Part shown: positions 8,153 through 16,801 of the stretch, piece by piece
How the letters are laid out: the number at the start of each line of letters is the position of its first letter
Position numbering within the stretch: the stretch's first letter is position 1
Source: an uncultured Eubacteriales bacterium
GTDB taxonomy: Bacteria; Bacillota; Clostridia; Christensenellales; CAG-138
Assembly (NCBI GenBank): GCA_900546845.1
Contig: UREK01000001.1
Span: 42,804-106,803 of the forward strand
Direction of reading: 5' to 3'
DNA length: 64,000 nucleotides
Program-made: the position numbers and the translations under genes
The notes under the pieces: model-generated
Told to the model about the DNA's origin: nothing
Databases searched by the model: none
Seen by the model: the letters and a program-made list of their open reading frames with translations, nothing else

Positions 8153-8932
8153 TCAATCGTAGCGCGGGATCATATAGGGATGCCCTTGTTCCTCGCGCAC
8201 CTCGGCTTTAATGCCGTAGGCCTCCGCCAAGAGCGGCGCGGTAATGACCGCGCGGGGGCTGCCGCAGGCGAGCGCTTTCCCGCCCTTGAGCAGCAAAATC
8301 TGGTCGGAATAATGGGCCGAGAGGTTTATATCGTGCATCACGCAGAGCGCGGAAACGCCGCTCTCCCGACAAAGGCTGCGCACTAGGCGCAGAATCTCGA
8401 TCTGATGCTTCACGTCAAGGCTTGCGACCGGCTCGTCGAGCAGCATGAGCTCGGATCTCTGGCAGACGGCCCGGGCGATGATCGTCCGCTGCCACTCGCC
8501 GCCGGAAAGCGTCAGCACGGAACGCTCCGCAAGCGCGGCCATGCCCGTGCGCGCAAGCGCCGCGTCCGCGGCGGCATAATCCGCCTCCGTTTCCCCGGCG
8601 AAGCGTTTCAGATGCGGGTTGCGCCCCATGAGCACGATGTCCCGCACGGTGAAGTCAAATTCCATCACCGGGTTTTGCGGCACGAGGGCCATGCGCCGGG
8701 CGAGCGCCTTTGCGCTCAGGCGCGCCACCGTGTCCTCCCCGATGCGCACCACGCCTGCGGTGGGCGTAAGATACCCGCTGATGCAGCGCAAAAGCGTGGT
8801 TTTTCCGCTGCCGTTGTGGCCGAGGATGGAGACGAGCTCCCCCGGGGCGACGGTGAGCGAAACGTCTTTTAAAATAGGTTTTTCCCCATAAGAAAACGAT
8901 ACGCCTTCCACGGTGAGTCTGGCTGCGCTCAT
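8153..8932 (-). CDS. ABC ATP-binding protein of an iron-chelate/cobalamin-type importer (BtuD/FecE-like)
   Basis: Walker A GHNGSGKTT, signature LSGGEWQR, Walker B LMLLDEPVASLD. 4-nt overlap with the upstream permease. Confidence 0.85.
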   Translation of the reverse strand: MSAARLTVEGVSFSYGEKPILKDVSLTVAPGELVSILGHNGSGKTTLLRCISGYLTPTAGVVRIGEDTVARLSAKALARRMALVPQNPVMEFDFTVRDIVLMGRNPHLKRFAGETEADYAAADAALARTGMAALAERSVLTLSGGEWQRTIIARAVCQRSELMLLDEPVASLDVKHQIEILRLVRSLCRESGVSALCVMHDINLSAHYSDQILLLKGGKALACGSPRAVITAPLLAEAYGIKAEVREEQGHPYMIPRYD

Positions 8933-9981
8933 GTGCGGCCTCCCTTCCCCTGCCTGCGCAGCAGGTATAGGAAAAACGGTACGCCAAAGAGCGCCGAAAG
9001 CACACCCACGGGGATCTCGAGCGGTGGGAACAGGCTGCGTGCAAGCATATCCGCAAGGCAGAGGAACACGCCGCCGCCCAGGAAGGAGCAGGGGAGGAGC
9101 AGCCGGTGATCCGGCCCGGTCATCAGGCGCAGGATGTGCGGCAGCATCAGGCCAACAAAGCCCACGATGCCGGAAACGCTCACGCAGCCCGCCGCAAGCA
9201 GCGTCGTCAGGATGACGAGGATGCGCGTCGTCCGAGCGGTATCCACGCCCAGCATGCGTGCATCTTCATCACCCAGCAGCATGATGTTGAGCGGCCGTGC
9301 GAAGAGCATGCAAAGCGCCGCACAGGGCAGGATCAGGAGCGATGCGAAACGCACCTTTTCAAACGAGGCTGCCGTGAAGCTCCCAAGCGTCCAGAACACG
9401 ACCTGCTCCATGCTCTCCCGGTGCAGGATCATAATGCCGGAGGTCAGCGCAGTAAAAAGCGAGGATACCGCAATGCCTGCGAGCAGGAGCGCGGAGGCGG
9501 AGGTGCGGCTGCCGACGCGCGCGAACTGCACCACGAGCAGCACCGCGAGGATGCCGCCTATGAGTGCGCCGAGCGCCACGCTCCCAAGGCCGAGGGCCGC
9601 GATGCCAAAGGAGGCCCCGCCGATTCCGAATGCAATGCAGGCGGCGGCACCGAAGCCCGCGCCCGCGCTCACGCCGAGGATGTGGCTGTCCGCCATCGGG
9701 TTTTTGAACACACCCTGCAAGCAGCAGCCTGCAACAGCGAGGCCGCCGCCCACAAGGTAGGAAAGCAGCGCCCGCGGCAGGCGGATCTTGAAAAGAATCA
9801 CCTCCGCGCCGGAAGCGCCGGAAGCGCCGGTAAGCAGATACTCCAGGAATTCCCGCACCTTAAAGCCCGTGCTGCCCCAGGCGACCGCCGCCAGCAGCGC
9901 AAAAACGCTCAGTGCAAGCAGGGTAAAGACCGATATGAAAGCGCGCGCGCCGCGCGCCTTTTTCGCGGACTGTCCGGGCAC
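8929..9981 (-). CDS. FecCD/BtuC-family ABC permease
   Basis: 350-aa polytopic ORF with a GTG start 4 nt after the binding-protein stop. Gly/Ala/Leu-rich TM pattern typical of the FecCD family. Confidence 0.85.
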   Translation of the reverse strand: MPGQSAKKARGARAFISVFTLLALSVFALLAAVAWGSTGFKVREFLEYLLTGASGASGAEVILFKIRLPRALLSYLVGGGLAVAGCCLQGVFKNPMADSHILGVSAGAGFGAAACIAFGIGGASFGIAALGLGSVALGALIGGILAVLLVVQFARVGSRTSASALLLAGIAVSSLFTALTSGIMILHRESMEQVVFWTLGSFTAASFEKVRFASLLILPCAALCMLFARPLNIMLLGDEDARMLGVDTARTTRILVILTTLLAAGCVSVSGIVGFVGLMLPHILRLMTGPDHRLLLPCSFLGGGVFLCLADMLARSLFPPLEIPVGVLSALFGVPFFLYLLRRQGKGGRT

Positions 9982-9984
9982 GGG

Positions 9985-10977
9985 TTACGCAGCCTGATTC
10001 TCTGCGAGATACGCGGCAAAGATTTCGCCGAACTGGGCGACCGCCTCCGCAATGCGCGGGCCGGGGCGCTCCACCAGGTCGGGGTTGACGAGGTAGACGT
10101 TGCCTTCCTGCACGGCGCGCATATCCGCATAGCCATTCGCGGCGGAAAGGTCTTCTACGGTGTAATAGGACGAAAGCAGGATGACGTCAGGGTCGAGCTC
10201 GACGACCTGCTCAATGCTCGGGTTCACCCAGGCTGCTTCCATGCCGTTTGTGACCGGCACGCCGCCCGCAAGCTCGATTGCCGTGTTGATGAAGCTGCCA
10301 GGGCCGCCGCTCCACTCGCCATATTCGCCAAAGCTCATGACGTAATAGACGGTGGACTGGTTTTCCGTTGCTGCGGCGGACTGCACCGCGCCGATGGACG
10401 CGCGCATCTGCGCGCAGAGGGCTGCCGCTTCGGCCTCCTTGCCACAGATCGCGCCGACGAGCTCTATGGAGGTATAGATGCCTTCATAATCAGGAGCCTC
10501 GGTGCAGAACACGGCGACGCCAAGCTCTGTCAGCTGCGTGATCACGTCATCCTGCAAGTAGGAGGCGAGGACGACGTCCGCTTCGGCGGCGACGATCGCC
10601 TCGATGTTCGGGCCGTTATAATCGCCCACGACGGCAACATTCGCGGCTTCCTCCGGGTAGTTGCTCGACGCGTCGCGGCCAACGAGCATATCGCCCGCGC
10701 CGATGGCGTATACGATCTCCGTGTTGCTCGCGGCGAGGGAGACGATGGTCTTGACCTCGGCGGGCAGCTCGACTTCGCGGCCAAGCATGTCCGTGAGGAC
10801 GGTGGCTTCGGGGGCGGGCGCGGCCGTAGGTTCCGGCGTGGCTTCCGGCGTAGGCTCGGCCGTGGGCTCCAGCGTGGGTTCCGCCGCTGGCAAGGGTTCC
10901 GCGGGCGTGCAGGCAGCAAGCGCAAGCGAGAGCGCCAGCACGAGTGCGAGGATCAGCGCAAGCTTCTTCTGGTTCAT
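9985..10977 (-). CDS. lipoprotein substrate-binding protein (BtuF/FhuD class) with a Pro/Glu/Thr/Ala linker
   Basis: AGGAGG upstream. Lipobox LALAAC. A low-complexity linker EPTLEPTAEPTPEATPEPTAAPAPEA is followed by a periplasmic-binding-protein fold sequence. Confidence 0.85.
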   Translation of the reverse strand: MNQKKLALILALVLALSLALAACTPAEPLPAAEPTLEPTAEPTPEATPEPTAAPAPEATVLTDMLGREVELPAEVKTIVSLAASNTEIVYAIGAGDMLVGRDASSNYPEEAANVAVVGDYNGPNIEAIVAAEADVVLASYLQDDVITQLTELGVAVFCTEAPDYEGIYTSIELVGAICGKEAEAAALCAQMRASIGAVQSAAATENQSTVYYVMSFGEYGEWSGGPGSFINTAIELAGGVPVTNGMEAAWVNPSIEQVVELDPDVILLSSYYTVEDLSAANGYADMRAVQEGNVYLVNPDLVERPGPRIAEAVAQFGEIFAAYLAENQAA

Positions 10978-11084
10978 GGGAATTTTATTCCTCCTGATTT
11001 TTGGGCAAAAAGAAAGCCCCTTTTGTTTTCGGAAAGGAGCATACTGTGGCCATTGGGAGTGCCGGAAACCGGCAAACAGGCACG

Positions 11085-11260
11085 TTCCTTCCCACCGAAG
11101 AAATCCCGTTCACTCAGAGGCAGGTCTTCTGGCTTGGCTTCGTTTCCCAAACGCGCCTTCCCATGCGGGGCGCACAGTGGCATTTGCGTTTGAGATCCAC
11201 CTTACAGCAGCGGGGGCTGCAACGGCTTTGCACCGTTTTCCCTTTTCAGCGCCCGCTTGA
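11085..11260 (-). promoter_or_regulatory. cobalamin (B12) riboswitch in the leader of the BtuFCD-like operon
   Basis: The minus strand contains the B12 box AGCCAGAAGACCTGCC (plus 11119..11134). It also contains the upstream conserved elements GGGAAAACGGTGCAAAGCCGTTGCAGCCCCCGCTGCTGTAAGG, AATGCCACTG and GGGAAGGC. Confidence 0.8.
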
Positions 11261-11305
11261 AACGGGCGGCGCCTGTGAGCAGAGGTATTCGATTCGTTCG
11301 CCTTG

Positions 11306-11333
11306 ATTATACCATGAAGGCGCATAAAGTCAA
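11306..11333 (-). promoter_or_regulatory. promoter of the riboswitch-controlled operon
   Basis: On the minus strand: TTGACT (11333..11328), 16 nt, TATAAT (11311..11306). Confidence 0.45.
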
Positions 11334-11349
11334 GCGGTATGCATGTGCG

Positions 11350-12762
11350 TCACAGCTCGATCACAGACCATTTCCCGCCCCGGAAGCGGATGAAATTGAG
11401 CACGAGCCGCAGGAACTGATCCCCGAACAGGCCGATCCAGGCGCCGATGAGCCCCCAGCCGGCTGGGTAGCAGAGCACCCAGGAAAGCGCCGGGCGGATC
11501 ACCGCGATGCTGATGAACGAGCTGAGCGCCACGTACTTGGAATCGCCCGCGCCGCGCAGGCAGCCGGATATGACGACCTGGGAGGTCTGCGCGAGGCACG
11601 TCGCGGCGACGATGAGCACGATCTGCGCGCCGAGGGTAACGATGGCGGGATCGTCGTTGAACAGAAGGATCAGCTCCCGTCGGAAGAGCGTGAAGAACAC
11701 CGCGAGCAGCACGCCGATGCATAGCGCACAGCGCTGACCGACCTTGCCGTAAAGCATCGCAAGATCCGGCCGCTTCGCCCCGAGCTGCTGGCCGACGAGG
11801 CTTGTGGAGGCGATGCCAAAGCCATCCGCGAAGCCGAAGCTGACGTTGATGATGTTCATGCAGATCTGGTGCGTGGCAAACTCGATCGTGCCGAGGCGCG
11901 CGACAAGCGAGGCATACGTGAAGAACCCGAAGCGCATGAAAATCTGCTCCACGAAGGTGCTGGAGGCGACCTTGAAGATGCTGCCTGCCGTGCGCCGGTC
12001 AAAACGCCAGGGCGCGCCGGAGCGCAGCGTCAAGACGCCGGGCCCCGCCGGGCGCAGCACGGAGGCGAGCGCCATGCAGAACGCGACGACGGAGCCTGCC
12101 GCCGTTGCGATAGCCGCGCCGCGCGTCTCGAGCCGGGGGAAGATCCAGTGGCCATTGATGAGAAAATAGTTGAGGACAAGGTTCACCAGGTTGGCCGCAA
12201 CGTTGGAGCGCATGCTGACCTTTGTGTTGCCGAAGCCGCGCTGCGCGGCGTTGATCGTCATGCCGAGGCAGGCGAAAAACTGCCCGCACATGATGATGCG
12301 GTAATATTCCACGCCAAGGTCGATGAAATCCGCCTGCGCGCCCGCAAGGATAAGCAGATCCCGGGCAAAAAAGAGTGCGCCTGTAACCATCAGGATACAG
12401 AAGAACAAGCAGAACATCAGCGCCTGCTTGAGGGAACGGCATGCGCCTTCAATGTTCCCTTCGCCTTTGCGCCGGGCGACAATGGCCGTAACGCCCGTGT
12501 TGAGCGCGATGATGGGCGTCATGAGCAGGAAGCGCGGCTGGGACGTGATGCCGACGGCTGAGATGGCCGCGGCGCCAAGCCCGCCCACCATCATCGTATC
12601 GACGGAGGAAACGAGCGCGATGAGCACGCTCTCGAGCGCCGAAGGCCAGGCGAGGGCAAGGCAGTTGCCATATGCTTCCCGCATGGTGGGCAAAGGGCCT
12701 TTCACGAGCGAAGGGGCAACAAAACCCGCAGGGTCAAAAATGCGTTTCAGAAAGCGGAACAT
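11350..12762 (-). CDS. MATE-family efflux transporter (paralog 1 of 4)
   Basis: ORF 11350..12810. GAGG lies 5 nt before ATG 12762 (MFRFLKRIFDPAGF). 12-TM MATE-like sequence. Confidence 0.85.
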   Translation of the reverse strand: MFRFLKRIFDPAGFVAPSLVKGPLPTMREAYGNCLALAWPSALESVLIALVSSVDTMMVGGLGAAAISAVGITSQPRFLLMTPIIALNTGVTAIVARRKGEGNIEGACRSLKQALMFCLFFCILMVTGALFFARDLLILAGAQADFIDLGVEYYRIIMCGQFFACLGMTINAAQRGFGNTKVSMRSNVAANLVNLVLNYFLINGHWIFPRLETRGAAIATAAGSVVAFCMALASVLRPAGPGVLTLRSGAPWRFDRRTAGSIFKVASSTFVEQIFMRFGFFTYASLVARLGTIEFATHQICMNIINVSFGFADGFGIASTSLVGQQLGAKRPDLAMLYGKVGQRCALCIGVLLAVFFTLFRRELILLFNDDPAIVTLGAQIVLIVAATCLAQTSQVVISGCLRGAGDSKYVALSSFISIAVIRPALSWVLCYPAGWGLIGAWIGLFGDQFLRLVLNFIRFRGGKWSVIEL

Positions 12763-12891
12763 CAAAACCTCATGCCGCCAGCACAGTCCGGTGGCGGTAC
12801 TATGATTCAATAAATAATAATGATATTTTTATTATACCATCCTTTGCAGGAAAGGCAAGCGAGGGGGGGACGCCGCTGTTTGCGGAGGCGA

Positions 12892-13134
12892 GACAATCCT
12901 CAGCCGCCTACGGCATTTATCGCGGCAGATCGCAAAGACCGCGCAGGTAAGGACAATCCTCAGTCATGGCTTACGCCGTTTATCACGACAGTTCCAACGG
13001 CCGTGCGGGTAAGACAATCCTCAGTCGCCTGCGGCGACAGCTCCTTTCAAAAGGAGCCTTTCGGAATCTTTGCAGCCCAAGAATCCCTCTCCGAGGGAGG
13101 TGGCAGCGCGTGAGCGCTGACGGAGGATTGCCGT
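12892..13134. repeat. three tandem about 60-bp units headed by GACAATCCTCAG, the last extended into a MITE/REP-like element with terminal inverted repeats
   Basis: Unit starts at 12892, 12952 and 13013. The third unit ends in GACGGAGGATTGCCGT (13119..13134), the inverted complement of its head. Internal palindromes are CTCCTTT..AAAGGAG and CCCTC..GAGGG. The element is related to 36637..36805. Confidence 0.7.
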
Positions 13135-13305
13135 ATTGAGGTCCGCTGTGTGAAACATGTTTTCTCTGCGGTGTATAACAGCGGCGGCTTTGAAAAGCCG
13201 TGCCGCTTCTGTGAATTAGAGGCAAAACGCATACCTCTTGTGGAACCCGATGACAGATGCTATACTACTCTTGACACATAAAGACATAGTCAGCTGATTG
13301 CGAGG

Positions 13306-13929
13306 ATGATGGTGATGCACGTGATTCGGTCGCATAATACGGTTTTATATATCAAACGAGGGGAATTTGAAATCAGGTTGATCCCGATGAGAGACGAACA
13401 TCTGCCGCTGTTGTATGAGTGGAACACGAGAACAGAAGTGCTGTATTGGTGCGAAGGCGATGACGTTCTCACAAACAGTGAACAAGATGTGCGAAACATC
13501 TACGGCAGCATTTCTCAGAAAGCGCATATGTTCATCATTGTTGTCAATGGTACGCCCGTGGGTGATTGTTGGCTTCAGAATATGAATCTGTCTCAGATAA
13601 ACGAGGAGTACTGCGGGAAAAACATAAAACGGATCGACGTTACGATCTATGAAAAGACGCTTTGGGGCAAAGGCGTAGGCAGACAGATTATAAGGATGCT
13701 GCTGGAATTTGGCTTTCATGAGCAAAAGGCTGACCTGATTTTTGCGATTACAGAGGATTATAACATACGATGCCAAAAGTGCATTGAACGCTGTGGGTTC
13801 ACGCTGGAACGGAAAATCGCGCATCCACCAACATCGAAGGGCACATATGAGCATTGCTACACCCTGCCGCGAGAAACGTTTATGCGCCAATCCAGAATTA
13901 TGAAAAGAAAGCGGATGGGCGACGGTTAA
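13306..13929 (+). CDS. GNAT-family N-acetyltransferase (RimJ/RimL or AAC-like), in a locally AT-richer segment
   Basis: 207-aa ORF. GNAT core WGKGVGRQIIRMLLEFGFHEQKADLIFAITEDYNIRCQKCIERCGF. Confidence 0.8.
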   Translation: MMVMHVIRSHNTVLYIKRGEFEIRLIPMRDEHLPLLYEWNTRTEVLYWCEGDDVLTNSEQDVRNIYGSISQKAHMFIIVVNGTPVGDCWLQNMNLSQINEEYCGKNIKRIDVTIYEKTLWGKGVGRQIIRMLLEFGFHEQKADLIFAITEDYNIRCQKCIERCGFTLERKIAHPPTSKGTYEHCYTLPRETFMRQSRIMKRKRMGDG

Positions 13930-13955
13930 GACATTCCCATCCGACCAAGCAGCAA

Positions 13956-13988
13956 AAGTCCCGAACCGTGTTGCGCGGTTCGGGACTT
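13956..13988. terminator. hairpin between convergent genes (GNAT and potD)
   Basis: AAGTCCCGAACC (13956..13967) pairs with GGTTCGGGACTT (13977..13988). There is a modest T-run on the minus strand. Confidence 0.5.
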
Positions 13989-14003
13989 CTGCATGCAGGG
14001 GCC

Positions 14004-15053
14004 TTACTGCCCTTTGATGTTGTTCCAAGCGTCGTTGTAGACGTTGATAAAATCGCCCAGGTCGTGGAAGATGTCGCACTTGTCCAGGAGCTCCTGCGGC
14101 GGGTTGTAGATGGGGTTCTCGGTATAGCTTTCGTCAAGCAGCGCCAGGGCGGCCTTGTTCGGTGTGGAATAGCCGATGTATTCCGTGTTCGCTTTGGCTA
14201 CTTCCGCGTCGCAGAGGAAGTTGATGAACGCCTCGGCCTCCGCAGTGTGCTGGCTGGACTTGGGGATGATGACGTTGTCGAACCAGAGGTTTGAACCGGT
14301 TTCCGGCACGGCGTAATCGAGATCCGGGTTGCCTTCCTCCGGATCGATGCACCACATGGCGTCGCCGGAATAGACGACCGCGAGCGCGGCGTCGCCGTTG
14401 ATCATGCTTTCCTTGATGTTGTCGCCCAGGTAGGCAAGCACAAGCGGCTTCTGCTCGATGAGCGCGGCTTCCGCGGCCTTGATGTCCTCCTCGCTGCGGG
14501 TGTTGATGGAAAGGCCGAGCTTCATGAGCGCGACGCCGATGGTGTCGCGGATGCTGTCGTACATGAAGATCTGCTGGTCATACTTTTCATCCCAGAGGAT
14601 GTCCCAGCTCGTGACCGGCTCATCCACCATGGTCGTGTTGTAAAGGATGCCGACGGTACCCCACATATACGGCACGGAATACTTGTTCTCCGGGTCAAAA
14701 TCGAGATCGAGGAAGCGCTCGTCGATGTTGGCGAGGTTCGGGATGTTGTCCTTGTTGAGCTCATGGAGCAGATCCTTTTCGATCAGCTTCTCGATGATGT
14801 AATCCGAGGGGAAGCAGACGTCGTAAATGCAGTCGGAGGCTTCCAGCTTCACGAGCATCTCCTCGTTAGTGGCCATGGTCTGGTAGTTCACTTCGATACC
14901 GGTTTCTTCGGTAAACTGGTCGAGCAGGTCTTCGTCGATGTAGTCGCCCCAGTTCAGGACGTTGATGGTCACCTTGCCGCTGTCCCCGCAACCGGCGGCG
15001 CAGAGCGACAAGGCAAAGACAAGGACGAGGAATACGGCAATCTTCTTTTTCAT
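14004..15053 (-). CDS. potD: spermidine/putrescine ABC substrate-binding lipoprotein
   Basis: Lipobox LCAAGC. PotD/PotF-family sequence (VNVLNWGDYIDEDLL..., YSVPYMWGTVGILYN). Confidence 0.85.
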   Translation of the reverse strand: MKKKIAVFLVLVFALSLCAAGCGDSGKVTINVLNWGDYIDEDLLDQFTEETGIEVNYQTMATNEEMLVKLEASDCIYDVCFPSDYIIEKLIEKDLLHELNKDNIPNLANIDERFLDLDFDPENKYSVPYMWGTVGILYNTTMVDEPVTSWDILWDEKYDQQIFMYDSIRDTIGVALMKLGLSINTRSEEDIKAAEAALIEQKPLVLAYLGDNIKESMINGDAALAVVYSGDAMWCIDPEEGNPDLDYAVPETGSNLWFDNVIIPKSSQHTAEAEAFINFLCDAEVAKANTEYIGYSTPNKAALALLDESYTENPIYNPPQELLDKCDIFHDLGDFINVYNDAWNNIKGQ

Positions 15054-15134
15054 TGTTTATGAAATCCTCCATTCGTTTTTGGGGTTTATTCAAAGCGCAC
15101 GGGATAACCCCGGCGCGCTTTTGCGTGGGGCGGC

Positions 15135-15956
15135 TCAGCGCCGTTTGAGCCTGAGCTTTTTGTTCTGGATGTCCGCCTCGCGCTCCTCGCGGATGGACTT
15201 GAGGTTGATGAACAGCAGCAGCGTGACGACTGCTACGAACATCAGCGTGGAGAGCGCGTTGATCTTCGGGCTGATGCCGCGGCGCGCGCTGGAGTAGATG
15301 TAGATTGAAAGGTTCTGGATGCCGTCGGTCGCAAACCAGCTCACAACGAAATCGTCTAAGCTCAGCGTGAACGCCATGATGAACCCGGAAACGATGCCCG
15401 GCATGATGTCCGGGATGACGACGCGCGTGAGCGCCTGCCAGGGCGTGCAGCCAAGATCCATCGCCGCCTCATAGAGCATGTTGGAGCTCTGGCGCAGCTT
15501 GGGCATCACGGAGAGGATCACATATGGGATGTTGAACGTAATGTGCGCGATCAGCATGCGCGTGTACCCATCCCGGATGCCGAGGACGGCGAAGAGCATC
15601 ATGAAGCTGATGCCGGTCACAAGATCCGGGTTGACAACCGGCAGCTGCGAGATGTTCTCGATGACGGCGCGCGGCCGCTTCTTCATCGAATTGAGGCCGA
15701 TGGCCGCAAATGTGCCGATGAACGTGGAAACCACCGCGGAAATGACCGCGACCGAGAGCGTTACGCCAAGCGCGTTCATGATCGTGGAATCCTGGAGCAG
15801 CGCCTCGTACCAGCGCAGCGAGAACCCCGTCCAGTTGCCCATAGTCCGGGAACCGTTGAACGAGAAGATCATCAGCACGAGGATCGGCGCGTACAGGAAC
15901 ACCAGCATCAGGCCGAGGTAAGTCCCCTTGAAAAACGTGCGCAGCTTCTTCACCAC
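15135..15956 (-). CDS. potC: spermidine/putrescine ABC permease
   Basis: 273-aa binding-protein-dependent permease with an EAA-like loop (YEAAMDLGCTPWQALTRVVIP). Confidence 0.85.
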   Translation of the reverse strand: MVKKLRTFFKGTYLGLMLVFLYAPILVLMIFSFNGSRTMGNWTGFSLRWYEALLQDSTIMNALGVTLSVAVISAVVSTFIGTFAAIGLNSMKKRPRAVIENISQLPVVNPDLVTGISFMMLFAVLGIRDGYTRMLIAHITFNIPYVILSVMPKLRQSSNMLYEAAMDLGCTPWQALTRVVIPDIMPGIVSGFIMAFTLSLDDFVVSWFATDGIQNLSIYIYSSARRGISPKINALSTLMFVAVVTLLLFINLKSIREEREADIQNKKLRLKRR

Positions 15957-16780
15957 AGCTTGCCGCCTCCTTCCTCGCCGGCCTCACGTTCCGCGCGGCG
16001 CATGATGGCCATGGAGATGAGCACGAGGACGAGCAGGATGAACGAGAGCGCGCTGCCGCTGCCCCATGCGTCCATGCCGAGTGTGATGAACTGGTTTTCG
16101 ATCAGGTCGCCATAAAGCATGAACTTGCCGCCGCCCAGGAGGCGGGAGATTGCGAACGTCGTGATCGCGGGGATGAACACCATCGTGATGCCGGAGATCA
16201 CGCCGGGCATCGAGAGCGGGAGCACCACCTTAAAAAACGTGGTCGGCCCGTTCGCGCCGAGGTCGTGCGCCGCTTCGATCTGGGATTGATCCATCTTGGA
16301 AAGCACGGTATAAATCGGCAGGATCATGAATGGCAGGAAGTTATATACCGTGCCGAGCATGATCGCGCTTTCGGTGTAAAGGAACTGCTGCGCGGGCAGG
16401 CCGAGCGCCGAGAGCAGGGTGTTAAGCACGCCGCTTGGCGAAAGCAGCACCTGCCAGGCATAGGTGCGCAGCAGGAAGTTCATCCACATCGGCACGATAA
16501 AGAGCACGGAAAGCAGGGACGCGGTGCTCTTTTTCATCTTGGAAAGCAGGTAGGCGATCGGGTAGCCCAAAAGCAGGCAGATGGCTGTCGCCTTGAACGC
16601 GATCCAGACCGAGCGCAGCAGCACCTGCATATACATGCCGTTCGTGAGCGCGCCGGTGAGGTTCGCAAGGGTAAACGCGCCGTCCGAGGTGAACGCATAA
16701 TAGGCGATCATCAACATCGGCGCAAGGATGAAAATCAGCATCCAAACAACATAGGGGTAAGCGAAAACGGTGCGCTTCAT
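15950..16780 (-). CDS. potB: spermidine/putrescine ABC permease
   Basis: 276-aa permease with EAA loop IEAAHDLGANGPTTFFKVVLP. Overlaps potC by 7 nt. Confidence 0.85.
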   Translation of the reverse strand: MKRTVFAYPYVVWMLIFILAPMLMIAYYAFTSDGAFTLANLTGALTNGMYMQVLLRSVWIAFKATAICLLLGYPIAYLLSKMKKSTASLLSVLFIVPMWMNFLLRTYAWQVLLSPSGVLNTLLSALGLPAQQFLYTESAIMLGTVYNFLPFMILPIYTVLSKMDQSQIEAAHDLGANGPTTFFKVVLPLSMPGVISGITMVFIPAITTFAISRLLGGGKFMLYGDLIENQFITLGMDAWGSGSALSFILLVLVLISMAIMRRAEREAGEEGGGKLW

Positions 16781-16801
16781 CCGTGTTGCCTCCTTCCGGC
16801 G

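Noticed and set aside
12892-13134. Possible CRISPR array (regularly spaced GACAATCCTCAG heads at about 60-bp intervals).
   Set aside because: There are only three units. The similarity extends in degenerate form over the whole unit rather than as an exact repeat plus unique spacers. The last unit is part of an inverted-repeat element also found at 36637..36805. No cas genes are present.
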